64,000 nucleotides of DNA, from NCBI GenBank assembly GCA_029864565.1, contig JAOTTD010000002.1:11885-75884 (forward strand), given 5' to 3'. Positions 54,162 through 64,000 of this stretch are shown here, one piece after another. The notes below the pieces were generated by a model. The model was not told the origin of the DNA. It made no database searches and saw nothing but the letters and a program-made list of their open reading frames with translations. The DNA is from Thermoplasmata archaeon (lineage in GTDB: Archaea > Thermoplasmatota > Thermoplasmata > UBA10834). The position numbers and the translations under genes are program-made. Numbering within the stretch: the first letter of the stretch is position 1; every line of letters begins with the position of its first letter.

Positions 54162-55169
54162 ATGAAAATCGGGATAAACGGTTTTGGCAGAATCGGGCGG
54201 AATGTCTTCAGAGCCGCCATGCAGAAGCCCGGCTACGGAAAGGACATCGAGATTGTGGCGATAAACGACATAGCGCCCGTTGACTCACTCGCTTACCTGC
54301 TGAAATGGGACACGGTATATGGGAAGCTCGATGCTGAGGTCAAGGCTGAGGGAGATTCCATCCACATCGGTGACCGCGAAGTCTCGGTGATGCAGAAGAG
54401 AGACCCCGCGGAGATCCCGTGGAGCAGGCATGGCGTCGATGTCGTCATAGAGTCGACTGGGCTGTTCACGGCAAGGGCTAAGGCAGCGGCGCACATGGCC
54501 GGCGGCGCGAAGAAGGTGATCATATCAGCCCCGTCCAAGGACTGCGACGCAACCCTGGTACTCGGGGTCAACATGGAGGCATACGACCGCTCGAAACACG
54601 ACGTGGTCTCGAACGCCTCATGCACGACCAACAGCCTCGCACCCCCGGCAAAGGTCATCGACGACAACTTCTCGATGGTCGAGGGGATGATGACGACGAT
54701 ACATGCATACACAGGCGACCAGCGCCTGGTCGACCTACCTCACAAGGATTTCCGAAGGGGTAGGGCGGCAGCCCTATCGATCATACCAACAAGCACAGGC
54801 GCGGCGAAGGCCATCGGCATGGTGATACCGCGGCTGGCAGGCAAGCTGAATGGCTTCGCGATGAGGGTCCCCACGCCGGTGGGTTCGGTGACCGATCTCA
54901 GTTTCACGACAGAGGAGGAGCTGTCTGCGGACGCGTTGAACGCAGCTCTCAAGAAGGCGGCCTCAGGGCCGATGAATGGCATCATGGAAGTCTGCGAGGA
55001 ACCGATAGTCTCGTCGGACGTCGTGGGCAACCCGCATTCGGCCATAATAGATGCTGAGCTGACGTTGGTTATAGGCGGCAATGGACGGTTCGGCAAGATT
55101 CTCTCGTGGTACGATAACGAGTGGGGCTACGCTAACAGGCTTGTAGAGATGGCGCCGAAGCTGCTTTGA
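54162..55169 (+). CDS. gap: Type I (bacterial/eukaryal-class) glyceraldehyde-3-phosphate dehydrogenase
   Basis: INGFGRIGRNVFRA and the active site SNASCTTNSLAP, WYDNEWGY near the C-terminus. These are class I GAPDH signatures. Confidence 0.93.
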   Translation: MKIGINGFGRIGRNVFRAAMQKPGYGKDIEIVAINDIAPVDSLAYLLKWDTVYGKLDAEVKAEGDSIHIGDREVSVMQKRDPAEIPWSRHGVDVVIESTGLFTARAKAAAHMAGGAKKVIISAPSKDCDATLVLGVNMEAYDRSKHDVVSNASCTTNSLAPPAKVIDDNFSMVEGMMTTIHAYTGDQRLVDLPHKDFRRGRAAALSIIPTSTGAAKAIGMVIPRLAGKLNGFAMRVPTPVGSVTDLSFTTEEELSADALNAALKKAASGPMNGIMEVCEEPIVSSDVVGNPHSAIIDAELTLVIGGNGRFGKILSWYDNEWGYANRLVEMAPKLL

Positions 55170-55230
55170 TGGACTTGACTCTGGACTCCCAGAGTAACGA
55201 TTAATACCCTGGGAGACGTAGCTCAGTGTC

Positions 55231-55389
55231 ATGGTATCATGCTATGATTGCGATCACTTCGGCACGCGCTGCAGGGGCATCCTCCCGCCGATGAAGTACA
55301 GGGACACGATAGACGAGTATTGTGAGAACTACAAAGTCGTCGAATGGAGACGGGAGCTGTACAAACCTGGTGGGGAGACGAGGATATAG
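55231..55389 (+). CDS. Candidate small Cys-rich protein (52 aa), not in the ORF track
   Basis: Own translation: MVSCYDCDHFGTRCRGILPPMKYRDTIDEYCENYKVVEWRRELYKPGGETRI. In-frame TAG 12 nt upstream of the ATG; stop TAG at 55387-55389. attaata lies ~27 nt upstream, consistent with a leaderless transcript. Confidence 0.3.
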   Translation: MVSCYDCDHFGTRCRGILPPMKYRDTIDEYCENYKVVEWRRELYKPGGETRI

Positions 55390-55394
55390 TGTCC

Positions 55395-56450
55395 TCACGG
55401 CCTGTGGCGAGTGAGGCTGACGTACTCCACATCATCTGATGATACGCGGCCGAGCAAGATATCCTTCCTCACGCCGTGAGCGAGTCGCACCGCCCTGCTG
55501 ACCTCAGGCCACATGGCCTTGTAGTGTTCCGGAACCGCGTGCACCAGGAACTTCGCGTGGTTCCTGTCTGGGTCGCCCTCGTACGCCCTGAAGTGGGAGC
55601 CGTACTTGAAACCCGTCTTGACTATCAGCCCCTTGCCCTTGAGGTCCTTGAATGCCCTCAGGCGCAGGTCGAAATCCGGCTGGAGTTTCCTAGCCCTCCT
55701 CTTCAGAGTCTCAAGGCCCACTGCCCTGTTGGTCTTACCGTCCTTGACCTTGAGCGTTCCATGCTCCACGAGAAACACGGCCTCTATCAGGGAAAGTTGG
55801 AGCAGATTGCCAATCATCTTGCCGAAGCAGTGATCCTGCCGGAGTGTATCGGAATCTGTCTTGTCGGTGATTATGACCCTGTCGGCCATCACGACGCCCT
55901 GGGCTTCGCGGCCGAGCTTGAGCTTCTTGAGCCTGCCAGCGGGCGACTGTCTTCGGACTTCATAGTACGTGACGTCGCTCTCCTCGTCGACGACCGCGAG
56001 CAGCAGCCTCTTCCGAATCTGGCTCGCACGGTCTATGTTGTCCAGCAAGTCTCCCAGGTCGAACGTGGAGCGCTCGGATATCGCGGCGACCCACCACTTG
56101 CTCGCGGTCTTGTTCGGCGCGCCTCCCCGGGGGAAGACCCTGAAGTCGAGCGGGGGCTGGCCCATCTTGACGATGTAGCCCCGTTGCCTCAGCTCGCGAT
56201 ACACCAGGTATTGTATCTCGAAGCCCACCTTGGTCTTGTGCGCGATCCGTAAGAGGTCTCCCGCTGTCAAAGTTCCGCGCTTGGATGCGACTTCCAACCT
56301 CCCGCTGTCCACCAAATAAGTAGCCTCCATGAGGCTGAGCTTCAGGCCGCCTCCGCTCTGAGGCACGCCGAAATAGCCCTTGTTGTGTATCTGGCTTGCT
56401 TCGGCTGGGTCGGAGATCGTAACCTCATCCCCCGCAAGGAATCCTGACAT
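55395..56450 (-). CDS. endA: tRNA-splicing endonuclease, duplicated-domain (alpha-prime2) type
   Basis: 351 aa with two EndA repeats. The C-terminal repeat keeps the catalytic context (FKYGSHFRAYEG, NHAKFLVHAV, RLAHGVRKDILL). The N-terminal repeat is degenerate, as in the Archaeoglobus/Thermoplasma/haloarchaeal enzymes. Confidence 0.9.
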   Translation of the reverse strand: MSGFLAGDEVTISDPAEASQIHNKGYFGVPQSGGGLKLSLMEATYLVDSGRLEVASKRGTLTAGDLLRIAHKTKVGFEIQYLVYRELRQRGYIVKMGQPPLDFRVFPRGGAPNKTASKWWVAAISERSTFDLGDLLDNIDRASQIRKRLLLAVVDEESDVTYYEVRRQSPAGRLKKLKLGREAQGVVMADRVIITDKTDSDTLRQDHCFGKMIGNLLQLSLIEAVFLVEHGTLKVKDGKTNRAVGLETLKRRARKLQPDFDLRLRAFKDLKGKGLIVKTGFKYGSHFRAYEGDPDRNHAKFLVHAVPEHYKAMWPEVSRAVRLAHGVRKDILLGRVSSDDVEYVSLTRHRP

Positions 56451-56612
56451 CGGACGAGCGTATGGCGCTCGATGGTTATTACAGTAGCAGGATGGTTCCG
56501 CCCCTTTCGCTGCCTTACGAGTTAAGCGTAATATTCATATAGAAGCGCTAACATATTTGGGGTTTGGGCGCACGCGCCCACGCAATGGAACGAAGCGATG
56601 GAGGTTTGAGAG

Positions 56613-57116
56613 ATGATACGAAGAAGAGATAGGCGAGATGAGCTCGCTCCCAGGAACCGCTGGGGGCCGCTTTGGTCCGACCCTTTGACCATGTTGAATG
56701 ACATGGACAGGATATTTGATGATTTCAGGACGGACTGGGAGACCTTGTTTGTGCCCCCGAAGACCGGGCAGGGGGCATTGATCAGACAGCCCCTTGTCGA
56801 CATCACGGACGACGGGGAGTCGTACGTGTTGAAAGCGGAGGTCCCTGGGATAAAGAAGGAGGAACTCAGCATCGAGGTCACGGAGAACGCCATAGAGATA
56901 TCGGGAGAGGCGAGTTCGGAGAAGGAAGAGGAGGACAAAGAGACCGGGTTCGTCAGGAGGGAGCGCCATTACGCTCGCTTCCACAGGTCCCTCCCATTCC
57001 CCGAGAAGATCATCCCTGAGAAAGTGGATGCCCAACTGGACGACGGCGTTCTCACTGTGAGGGTCCCCAAGGCAGCCCCTCCTGAGAAGAAGACCAAGAA
57101 GGTCGAGGTGAAGTAG
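56613..57116 (+). CDS. hsp20: Hsp20/alpha-crystallin small heat-shock protein
   Basis: Alpha-crystallin domain: VDITDDGESYVLKAEVPGIKKEELSIEV...FHRSLPFPEKI...AQLDDGVLTVRVPK. Confidence 0.9.
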   Translation: MIRRRDRRDELAPRNRWGPLWSDPLTMLNDMDRIFDDFRTDWETLFVPPKTGQGALIRQPLVDITDDGESYVLKAEVPGIKKEELSIEVTENAIEISGEASSEKEEEDKETGFVRRERHYARFHRSLPFPEKIIPEKVDAQLDDGVLTVRVPKAAPPEKKTKKVEVK

Positions 57117-57233
57117 AAGCCGCGATTGGCCCGGAAAACGGTTCGATGCGAGGGAAAAACGTTTCAGCAAACCATTCACCGGCCCCACCGGACAATCGGC
57201 GGGGCCACAATCACGAGAATGTCGGTGCTTCAA

Positions 57234-59414
57234 ATGTCGAAGAAGGATAAGATTCTCAGGGTCGTACAGGCGAAATCCGCGGATGACGGGAAGGGCGTAG
57301 CCAGGATAGACCCTGCACTGATGAAGATCCTCGGGCTCACCCAGGGAGACGTCGTTCTTATAGAGGGCTCGAGGAACACCGCGGTGACCGTCTTTGATGG
57401 ATACCCGGAGGACGAGAACCGCGGGACGATAAGAATTGACGGCACGATACGCAAGAACGCCGGAGCAGGCCTGGACGACAAGGTTGGCATAAGAAAGATC
57501 ACGCCGAAACCAGCGACGAAGGTGACCCTGGCGCCCACACAGCCCGTGAAGATACTCGGAGGAGAGGAGTACCTCACCCAGATCCTTGAGGGGAGGCCGG
57601 TCGCAAAGGGGGACCTCCTCGAAGTCAACATCATGGGCAGGAAATTCGACCTCGTCGTGCAGAGCCATCAGCCCAGCGCCGAAGCGGTGGTCATTCAGAA
57701 TTTCACCAAGATAAAGCTCAGCGAGAAGCCTGCCAAGGAGGAGTTGGCCAAAGGCCCGAAGGTGGCTTATGAGGACATCGGAGGGCTCTCCGACGAGGTG
57801 GATAAGGTGAGGGAGATGATAGAGCTCCCCCTCAGGCATCCAGAGCTGTTCGAGAAGCTCGGTGTGGACGCCCCCAAGGGCGTGCTCCTTCACGGCCCGC
57901 CAGGCACGGGCAAGACTTTGCTCGCGAAGGCCGTGGCATCAGAGACGAGCGCGAACTTCCAGTCGATAGGCGGGCCGGAGATAATGAGCAAGTTCTACGG
58001 CGAGAGCGAGGAGCGGTTACGTGAGATATTCAAGGAGGCGGCGGAGAACGCCCCCAGCATCATATTCATCGACGAGGTTGACTCGATTGCGCCCAAGCGC
58101 GACGAGGTCACAGGCGAGACCGAGAGGCGCGTCGTCGCCCAACTCCTGGCAATAATGGACGGCCTCGAGGGGCGCGGCAAGGTGATAGTCATCGCCGCGA
58201 CGAACAGGCCAAACGCACTCGACCCCGCGCTTAGGAGGCCTGGCAGATTCGACAGGGAGATAGAGATAGGCATACCGGACAGAGAGGGGCGCCTCGAGAT
58301 ACTTCAGATACACACGCGCGGAATGCCCCTGGCAGACGATGTCGACCTCCCACAATTGGCTGCGATGACCCACGGCTATGTAGGTGCAGACTTGGCATCT
58401 CTCGCGAGAGAGGGCGCTATGCGCGCTCTGAGGATCATACTGCCGACAATAGACCTGGAAGAGGAGACGATCCCGGCAGAGGTGTTGAATAGCCTCAAGG
58501 TTACGATGGACAATCTGATGGGCGCCTACAGGGAGATGCAGCCCTCAACCCTGAGGGAAGTGCTGCTCGAAAGCCCCAACATCAAGTGGGAGGACATCGG
58601 AGGTCTCGAAGGACCCAAGCAGGAGCTGATGGAGACGGTAGAGTGGCCCCTGAGATACGCTGGATTGTACAGACACATGAACGCGATCCCGCCCAAGGGT
58701 GTGCTCCTCTACGGTCCTCCGGGAACTGGCAAGACCCTGTTGGCAAAGGCGGTTGCTACTGAGAGCCAAGCGAACTTCATAAGCGTCAAGGGTCCAGAGT
58801 TCCTGTCGAAATGGGTCGGCGAGTCGGAGAAGGCCGTGAGGGAAACCTTCAGGAAGGCCCGGCAGGCGGCCCCGTGCGTGATATTCCTGGACGAAATCGA
58901 TGCGATCGCGCCTGTCAGAGGCACGTCGTCGGATTCTGGTGTCACTGAAAGAGTCATCAGCCAGCTCCTTACGGAAATGGATGGGCTGGAGGCTCTACAC
59001 AACGTAGTTGTCATCGCGGCGACAAATCGCCCCGATATCATCGACCCTGCGCTGCTCCGCCCAGGGCGGTTCGACAGATTGGTATACACTCCGCCGCCGG
59101 AGCTGGAAGCGAGGAAGGAGATACTCAGGATACACACTAAGGGCAAGCCGATCGCGGACGATGTTGACCTTGACAAGCTCGCCGCAAGGATGACGAACTT
59201 CACGGGTGCCGAGATAGGTGCCGTTGCCAACGAGGCGGTGATGCTCGCCATACGCGATTTCGTGCTTGGTGGCGGGGATGCTGACGGGGAGAGCATAGAT
59301 GATGTCAAAGTCGAAATGAAATACTTTGAGAAAGCTATGGAGAACGTGCAGCCGATGAACGAAAGCGAACTGAGGAAGTACGAGCGACTCAGCCCCAACT
59401 CGATGTACCGGTAG
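57234..59414 (+). CDS. cdc48: CDC48/VCP-like AAA+ ATPase (two AAA domains)
   Basis: N domain [39 protein letters not shown]. Two Walker [16 protein letters not shown], two Walker B IIFIDE/VIFLDE, second region of homology. C-terminus ...NSMYR. Start trimmed to ATG 57234. Confidence 0.93.
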   Translation: MSKKDKILRVVQAKSADDGKGVARIDPALMKILGLTQGDVVLIEGSRNTAVTVFDGYPEDENRGTIRIDGTIRKNAGAGLDDKVGIRKITPKPATKVTLAPTQPVKILGGEEYLTQILEGRPVAKGDLLEVNIMGRKFDLVVQSHQPSAEAVVIQNFTKIKLSEKPAKEELAKGPKVAYEDIGGLSDEVDKVREMIELPLRHPELFEKLGVDAPKGVLLHGPPGTGKTLLAKAVASETSANFQSIGGPEIMSKFYGESEERLREIFKEAAENAPSIIFIDEVDSIAPKRDEVTGETERRVVAQLLAIMDGLEGRGKVIVIAATNRPNALDPALRRPGRFDREIEIGIPDREGRLEILQIHTRGMPLADDVDLPQLAAMTHGYVGADLASLAREGAMRALRIILPTIDLEEETIPAEVLNSLKVTMDNLMGAYREMQPSTLREVLLESPNIKWEDIGGLEGPKQELMETVEWPLRYAGLYRHMNAIPPKGVLLYGPPGTGKTLLAKAVATESQANFISVKGPEFLSKWVGESEKAVRETFRKARQAAPCVIFLDEIDAIAPVRGTSSDSGVTERVISQLLTEMDGLEALHNVVVIAATNRPDIIDPALLRPGRFDRLVYTPPPELEARKEILRIHTKGKPIADDVDLDKLAARMTNFTGAEIGAVANEAVMLAIRDFVLGGGDADGESIDDVKVEMKYFEKAMENVQPMNESELRKYERLSPNSMYR

Positions 59415-59434
59415 CGGGATGGGACTCGGACTGA

Positions 59435-60430
59435 TTGAAGATCATGCAGAAGACAAATACTAAGAAACGGGCTGCAACGGCGACTAGGGAGCAGCTTATC
59501 CTGAGGGTCAGGGACGACCTGGCGAAGTGCGGGTTCTTCCTGACGGAGCCGCACAACATCCGAAGCGTGAGCTTTGACGTCATCGCAAGGAGGGACAATC
59601 AGCTCCTCGTCCTCAAGATGCTCTCCAACATAGACTCGCTGTCGCAGGGTGACGCGGACGACCTGCGCGTTCTCTCTTCCGCACTTGGAGCCAGTCCTAT
59701 CATCGTTGGGCTGCACTCGAGCGCCGCGGAGCTGGACGACGGCATACTATACACGCGCTTCGGGCTGCCGATAGTGTCCGAGCGCTCCTTCGAGACCCTC
59801 ATGATGGAGGGCGTGCCGCCACTGGTGTACGCCGCTCCAGGCGGACTGTACGTGCGCATAGACGGCGAGACCTTGCGAAGCGTCCGCGAGGCAAAGAGCA
59901 TATCTCTCGGGACCCTTGCCGAGGCAGCTGGAGTCTCCCGAAAAGCCATCCAGATGTACGAGTCTGGCATGGGAGCAATGGTCGAGATCGCCGCCCGGAT
60001 AGAGGAGTTCCTGGACGAGCCGATTGTCATCCCGCTTGACCCTTTCGAGTTCACAACGGAGATGGCGGCGAACATCAGGGAGTTGGAGGTGATCAGCGAC
60101 GCCAACAATGAGATTTTCGACATGCTCCGCGAGATCGGATACCTGGTTATGCCCACGAGACGTTGCCCGTTCGACGCGTTCGCCCGCGAGGAGGAGCTGC
60201 TTCTGACAGGCATAGGAGGAGACGACCGTTTGGTCGAGAGGAAGGCGAGGGTCGTTGGCAATCTCTCCAGGGTGACCGAGAAGAAATCGGTCATAATCAT
60301 CCAGCGAGACAGCCGCGTAAAGGCCATAGAGGGCACGCCGCTCGTGTCGAAGGACGAGTTGAGGAGAGCAGACCATTCGGAAGACCTCATGAAACTCATA
60401 GCCCGACGAGAGAGGAGGCCAAAGGCGTGA
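59435..60430 (+). CDS. Archaeal HTH (XRE-type) putative transcriptional regulator, COG1395-like
   Basis: Central [35 protein letters not shown], flanked by two similar alpha/beta domains ([16 protein letters not shown] ...; [16 protein letters not shown] ...). ATG 59444 is an alternative start. Confidence 0.7.
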   Translation: MKIMQKTNTKKRAATATREQLILRVRDDLAKCGFFLTEPHNIRSVSFDVIARRDNQLLVLKMLSNIDSLSQGDADDLRVLSSALGASPIIVGLHSSAAELDDGILYTRFGLPIVSERSFETLMMEGVPPLVYAAPGGLYVRIDGETLRSVREAKSISLGTLAEAAGVSRKAIQMYESGMGAMVEIAARIEEFLDEPIVIPLDPFEFTTEMAANIRELEVISDANNEIFDMLREIGYLVMPTRRCPFDAFAREEELLLTGIGGDDRLVERKARVVGNLSRVTEKKSVIIIQRDSRVKAIEGTPLVSKDELRRADHSEDLMKLIARRERRPKA

Positions 60431-61080
60431 GGGAGGTCAAGACCTTCTCGAATGGCGGTTCTGAGATACATGTGCTACCCGTCATAAGGGGCCTTGTGTC
60501 CGAGATAGGGGAGGTTGCCGAAGCGTTCTCCAAGGTGAAGCCCGATGCGGTCGCCATATCTCTTTCTAGAGAGGAAGTTGAGGGAATTCGAAACCTCCCG
60601 AAGGATTACGAGCCAGAATTGTCGAGATACGATGAGATCTATATCTCCGGACTGAGCAGGTTTGGCAAGGTTGCTGCCCCGCCACCATGTTATGTAGCGG
60701 CCATAGAGACGGCTGACTCCGAAGGCATACCTTTGATTCCGATAGACATCGACGAGATCGCCTATACCGAGCTGTACTGCGCCACGATATCGGGGGCCGC
60801 ACTGTTCAGGAACTCCACGAGGACTTGGTACCTGCGCAGAAAACTGTTCGCTGCCGACACTCCAGAGGAGTATGTGCTCAGAGTCGACCGCGCGTTCAAC
60901 AACATGAGCGGCTTCAAACGGATCGAGAGTGAGCGAGCGTCTTGGATTGCCAAGCAGCTGTTGAGGGTATCCGAGGATGCGAGACGACTGCTGGCGATAG
61001 TGGAATATGAGAGAGCGCAAGATGTTTCAAACCTAGTGGAAGAGGGGCTGTCACACCACTCGGCCGCTGACAGCCTATAG
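60427..61080 (+). CDS. Hypothetical protein, weakly TraB/GumN-like
   Basis: The GTG start overlaps the upstream stop (GTGA). IHVLPVIRGLVSEIGEVAEAFSKVKPDAVAISLSREEVEGI resembles the TraB N-terminus but lacks its GTAHVS motif. The listed 60163 start lies inside the previous gene. Confidence 0.45.
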   Translation: MREVKTFSNGGSEIHVLPVIRGLVSEIGEVAEAFSKVKPDAVAISLSREEVEGIRNLPKDYEPELSRYDEIYISGLSRFGKVAAPPPCYVAAIETADSEGIPLIPIDIDEIAYTELYCATISGAALFRNSTRTWYLRRKLFAADTPEEYVLRVDRAFNNMSGFKRIESERASWIAKQLLRVSEDARRLLAIVEYERAQDVSNLVEEGLSHHSAADSL

Positions 61081-61138
61081 CAAGAGCAAAGGGTAGGGGT
61101 TTTGGAGTTTGAGCCTCGATGGGGCATCCGATTAAGCT

Positions 61139-64000
61139 TCACGTAGACGACAGATCGTCGACTGCGAGCCAAGTCATGCCACCGCGCACATCGACTATGG
61201 TGTAGTCACCGGCAATGTCCTTGACAACGTAGTACAGCCACTCGCAGTTGTCACATCCGTGCATGTTCAGGTGCAAAGCCACCTGCGAAGTGATTAGAGA
61301 GATGGTTCTGTTGGCAACAACGACGTCGTCGTAGCCGTCACCATTCACGTCGACGACCTTGAAGAGTCGCGGAGACGAGAACGTCAACAGCTCCTTTATG
61401 GGGTTCTCGTCGCTCGCCATCGAGCTGTGAAGGTCGATCATTGTGTCTCCCCTGGCGTAGAATGTGCTATCGCCGTCCGCCCAACCAGTCAAGGCCGCCC
61501 ATTCCTCCTCCGGGCTGGATCCCGTGCGATTGTAAGTCATCCAGCTCCCGTCCTTCGCGACCACGACCTCAAGGCCGAGGTCGCCACCGACACCTGGTAA
61601 GCCGTTGATATTGCCAGCAGCCACGCATTGCCAGCCCACGGCGTAGTCTTCAATGACGGATTGAGGGGCATAGCTGCCGAATGTGCCGGTGATAATCGCG
61701 AGATAGTCCAAATGGAGGGTTTCGACGACGGCCGCGCTATTCTCGGTGGTCAAAGAATCTGTTATTCTGATGGTCAGCTCATTGCCTGCCACTGATGAGG
61801 GCAACGGACGCGTGAAATTTACATATTCGTCCTGCGAAGCAGGCACATAAATCAGCGGAGTGAACATAGTGCCGTCGATTGAGTACCATATGTAGAAGCT
61901 TTCCGCTGCAGCGCCGCCAGTGGCGGAGACTTTCGCTCTGATCTTTAGCTGCTGGTAGGTCTCATCTGTGAGGGTGTCCGTGGTCATGTTGACGTCCAGC
62001 TTCCCCAACGGCGTCGGTTCCGCACCGGAGTTCTCCCGCAGCTCCAATGCGTTACCATATGGTGCGGTGGTGTACTCTATCAGATTGGACGGAGCGCTGC
62101 CTGCACTCGGCTCCGCTGAAACGCCCGTCAATTGCACTTCATAGGGAGATTCATTCACGACGTAGTACCACACGCGCACTCCCTTGTAGTTCGATGACGA
62201 GGTAGAGTCGACGGTCACGACGTCCAAGTAACCGTCGCCGTTGACATCTGCAATGTCGAAGTCCAGGATGTTAGTGTTTCCCGGGGCAACTCCCCATCCC
62301 GGTATTACGGCGACCGTGGAACTCGAATCCCACTGCAGGAGATCATAGATCCATACTCGTCCTTCAGCGAGCACAATGAGGTCATCTCTTCCGTCGCTGG
62401 TCATGTCCTCGAGGGCAATCTTGCGAACACCGTCATGGGTGTCGTTGTAGCGAGGAGCTGCGCCGGCTGGATCCCAGAGGTATCCTGTCGCTCCATACGT
62501 GTTGTTGTATACGACGACCGTCCGGCCCACGCTCCCACCTTCATTGTGAGTGCTATAAGCGAAATCGACGTCTCCGTCGCCGTCGATATCGCCAGTGGCG
62601 ATCCAATTGATATCTGCGCTTGTGTCGTCCGCGCTAGGCCGCGTAATCTCGGACGCTTCCTGCCAAGCGCCGAAAGTGTTCAGGCTGTTCTCGAGGTAGT
62701 ACAGATTATGGCTGTTGTACTGCCCCATCAAGACATCCTTGTCGCCATCGCCGTCGATATCGCCAAGAGCGAGTCCGCTAACGGCATAGTTGTCAGCGGC
62801 GCTCGGTGCGTTGGCGTAGTCATACATCGTCCGCTTGGTGAAGAAGTTGTTGTTCTCGATGTAGTACATATACGAGGGATTTACGAAGTTCGATGTGCCG
62901 GTCATGAATCCCGCCGCACCCACGATGAAATCCGCTTTGGCTGTGCTCGCGCGCACGTAAATCATGGTCGAGAGAGAATAGACTCCCTCATTGGCATCTG
63001 AGAATCTCGAGATCTTGAGCGTATATGCGTTGGTTCCGCCTATCCACTGATCGCCATTATTCACCCTCAGATCTATATCAAACTCGTAAGTCTGCTGGTA
63101 GGGGGGATCGGGATTATCGTTCCAGACGCTCAGCATTGTTCCCGAAGGCGGAGTGCCGTGAAGCTGGGTATCCCCTCGCATATCAGTTACTCTAATGTCG
63201 TCCACAGAAGGCAACGTTGGGACGTCAGTGGCATCCTGAACAAGGACGCTAACATACACACGGCTCCTGTCGGGATCCAGAAGATCAAAAGGATGCGTCT
63301 TCGTCCCCCATTCGGTGTCTCGATCATCGCTGTCATAAACCCAAATGGCAGGCACGAAGGTGATTGGCGACCCCGCCTCTGAGATGGTTATTCCCTTCAC
63401 GGTCTGGAAGACCGCAATCGCACCGCCCGAGCTCTTGAGGGTGATTGCGAGCGAATAGGCGCTTGGAGGCAGACCCTCCGTGGAGAACTGGCATTCGTAG
63501 ATGAACGCGCCTCCAGAGGACGTGTACGGATAGAACGGTTCTGAGGCAGTGCTGCCGTTGGTGTATGCAGGAACATAGTTGATGCCGGTTCTGGTGTCCG
63601 TCAACGTCACAGAGTTTACGCCGAAAATGTTCGCTAGTCTTAGACTCGCAACACGTATGAACACTAGCTCATCCTTGTCGAAGGACGTTGTCGGGGCATC
63701 GACGTCCGCCAAGCCTGAGGAGACGTTCTCCTCGTAAATCCCGAAGCCCTGCCCGTCATTCATCCACGTGATGTAGCTGGGGAGGCCGCCCTCGAAGGCC
63801 TCGTTGATCTGATAGTAGTCTATGTCGAATGGGAGCACGGTGACAGACACCACGTAACTCGAGATCGTCTCATGGCCGGCGTCGTCCCACGCGTGTATCT
63901 TAATCATCTTGCCATCAATATTCGAGACATTCTCAGTAATTAGGCCGAAGTCGAATCTGAACCACCCGTCTGTCGTGCTCTCTTCATACGTGTCGATCTC
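61139..64000 (-). CDS. Second giant FG-GAP/VCBS repeat surface protein, 5' end beyond window
   Basis: The frame stays open upstream of the listed Met (63907) to the window edge (...EIDTYEESTTDGWFRFDFGLITENVSNIDGKMIKI...). Repeats include GDIDGDGDKDVLMG, ATGDIDGDGDVDFAY, DMTSDGRDDLIVL, ADVNGDGYLDVVTV, VDVNGDGYDDVVVAN. Confidence 0.8.
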   Translation of the reverse strand, partial: EIDTYEESTTDGWFRFDFGLITENVSNIDGKMIKIHAWDDAGHETISSYVVSVTVLPFDIDYYQINEAFEGGLPSYITWMNDGQGFGIYEENVSSGLADVDAPTTSFDKDELVFIRVASLRLANIFGVNSVTLTDTRTGINYVPAYTNGSTASEPFYPYTSSGGAFIYECQFSTEGLPPSAYSLAITLKSSGGAIAVFQTVKGITISEAGSPITFVPAIWVYDSDDRDTEWGTKTHPFDLLDPDRSRVYVSVLVQDATDVPTLPSVDDIRVTDMRGDTQLHGTPPSGTMLSVWNDNPDPPYQQTYEFDIDLRVNNGDQWIGGTNAYTLKISRFSDANEGVYSLSTMIYVRASTAKADFIVGAAGFMTGTSNFVNPSYMYYIENNNFFTKRTMYDYANAPSAADNYAVSGLALGDIDGDGDKDVLMGQYNSHNLYYLENSLNTFGAWQEASEITRPSADDTSADINWIATGDIDGDGDVDFAYSTHNEGGSVGRTVVVYNNTYGATGYLWDPAGAAPRYNDTHDGVRKIALEDMTSDGRDDLIVLAEGRVWIYDLLQWDSSSTVAVIPGWGVAPGNTNILDFDIADVNGDGYLDVVTVDSTSSSNYKGVRVWYYVVNESPYEVQLTGVSAEPSAGSAPSNLIEYTTAPYGNALELRENSGAEPTPLGKLDVNMTTDTLTDETYQQLKIRAKVSATGGAAAESFYIWYSIDGTMFTPLIYVPASQDEYVNFTRPLPSSVAGNELTIRITDSLTTENSAAVVETLHLDYLAIITGTFGSYAPQSVIEDYAVGWQCVAAGNINGLPGVGGDLGLEVVVAKDGSWMTYNRTGSSPEEEWAALTGWADGDSTFYARGDTMIDLHSSMASDENPIKELLTFSSPRLFKVVDVNGDGYDDVVVANRTISLITSQVALHLNMHGCDNCEWLYYVVKDIAGDYTIVDVRGGMTWLAVDDLSST

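Noticed and set aside
55211-55286. tRNA-like string gggagacgtagctcagtg... next to endA (possible tRNA, split tRNA or intron-containing tRNA)
   Set aside because: Only the acgtagctcagt stretch resembles a tRNA 5' part. There is no complementary D-stem 3' strand, no T arm (no TTCRAAT with flanking stems), and the acceptor pairs only 5/7. I could not build a cloverleaf on either strand.
56535-57893. 452-aa minus-strand ORF spanning hsp20 and the cdc48 5' region; also 58709..59716 (335 aa) and 59599..60471 (290 aa)
   Set aside because: They are antisense to Hsp20, Cdc48 and the COG1395 regulator, all of which have clear motifs. The composition is Leu/Arg/Pro/Ser-rich.

Overview
This window reads as an archaeal chromosome segment, GC-rich by eye. 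The content fits a Euryarchaeota/Thermoplasmatota-like organism: split GMP synthase, a duplicated-domain tRNA splicing endonuclease, TFB, Orc1/Cdc6, Gar1, archaeal phosphopantothenate synthetase, and TATA-box/leaderless-style promoters. This placement is inference only. Most of the window is housekeeping. It includes the conserved ftsZ-secE-spt5-L11 / L1-P0-P1 block, orc1/cdc6, asnS, ileS, purE-guaAB-guaAA, ahcY, gar1-tfb, gap, endA and hsp20-cdc48. One accessory stretch (about 18.8-30 kb) begins at a tRNA-Gly(CCC). It holds a decayed integrase fragment, a SAM methyltransferase, a MacB/FtsX-type ABC exporter, and the remains of ribB split by a more AT-rich acyltransferase-3 gene. It also holds a tightly coupled ATPase-permease-ATPase-permease ABC-2 operon and about 0.5 kb of unassignable sequence. 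Two very large FG-GAP/VCBS surface proteins are also present. I found no CRISPR array, no intact mobile element, no rRNA, and no recognisable multi-gene defence system. The observations I think most deserve follow-up are: (1) an otherwise well-conserved IleRS whose HIGH and KMSKS signature positions both read non-canonically (HIGD; KIGAP); (2) an Spt5/NusG ORF with an in-frame N-terminal extension of about 125-165 aa that looks like a surface-type beta-sandwich domain; (3) the tRNA-Gly-linked integrase remnant with a 14-bp tRNA-derived repeat 1.3 kb away; (4) ribB interrupted by an imported acyltransferase gene. All calls rest on reading the supplied translations and the DNA by eye. No database search, HMM, folding or composition calculation was run.
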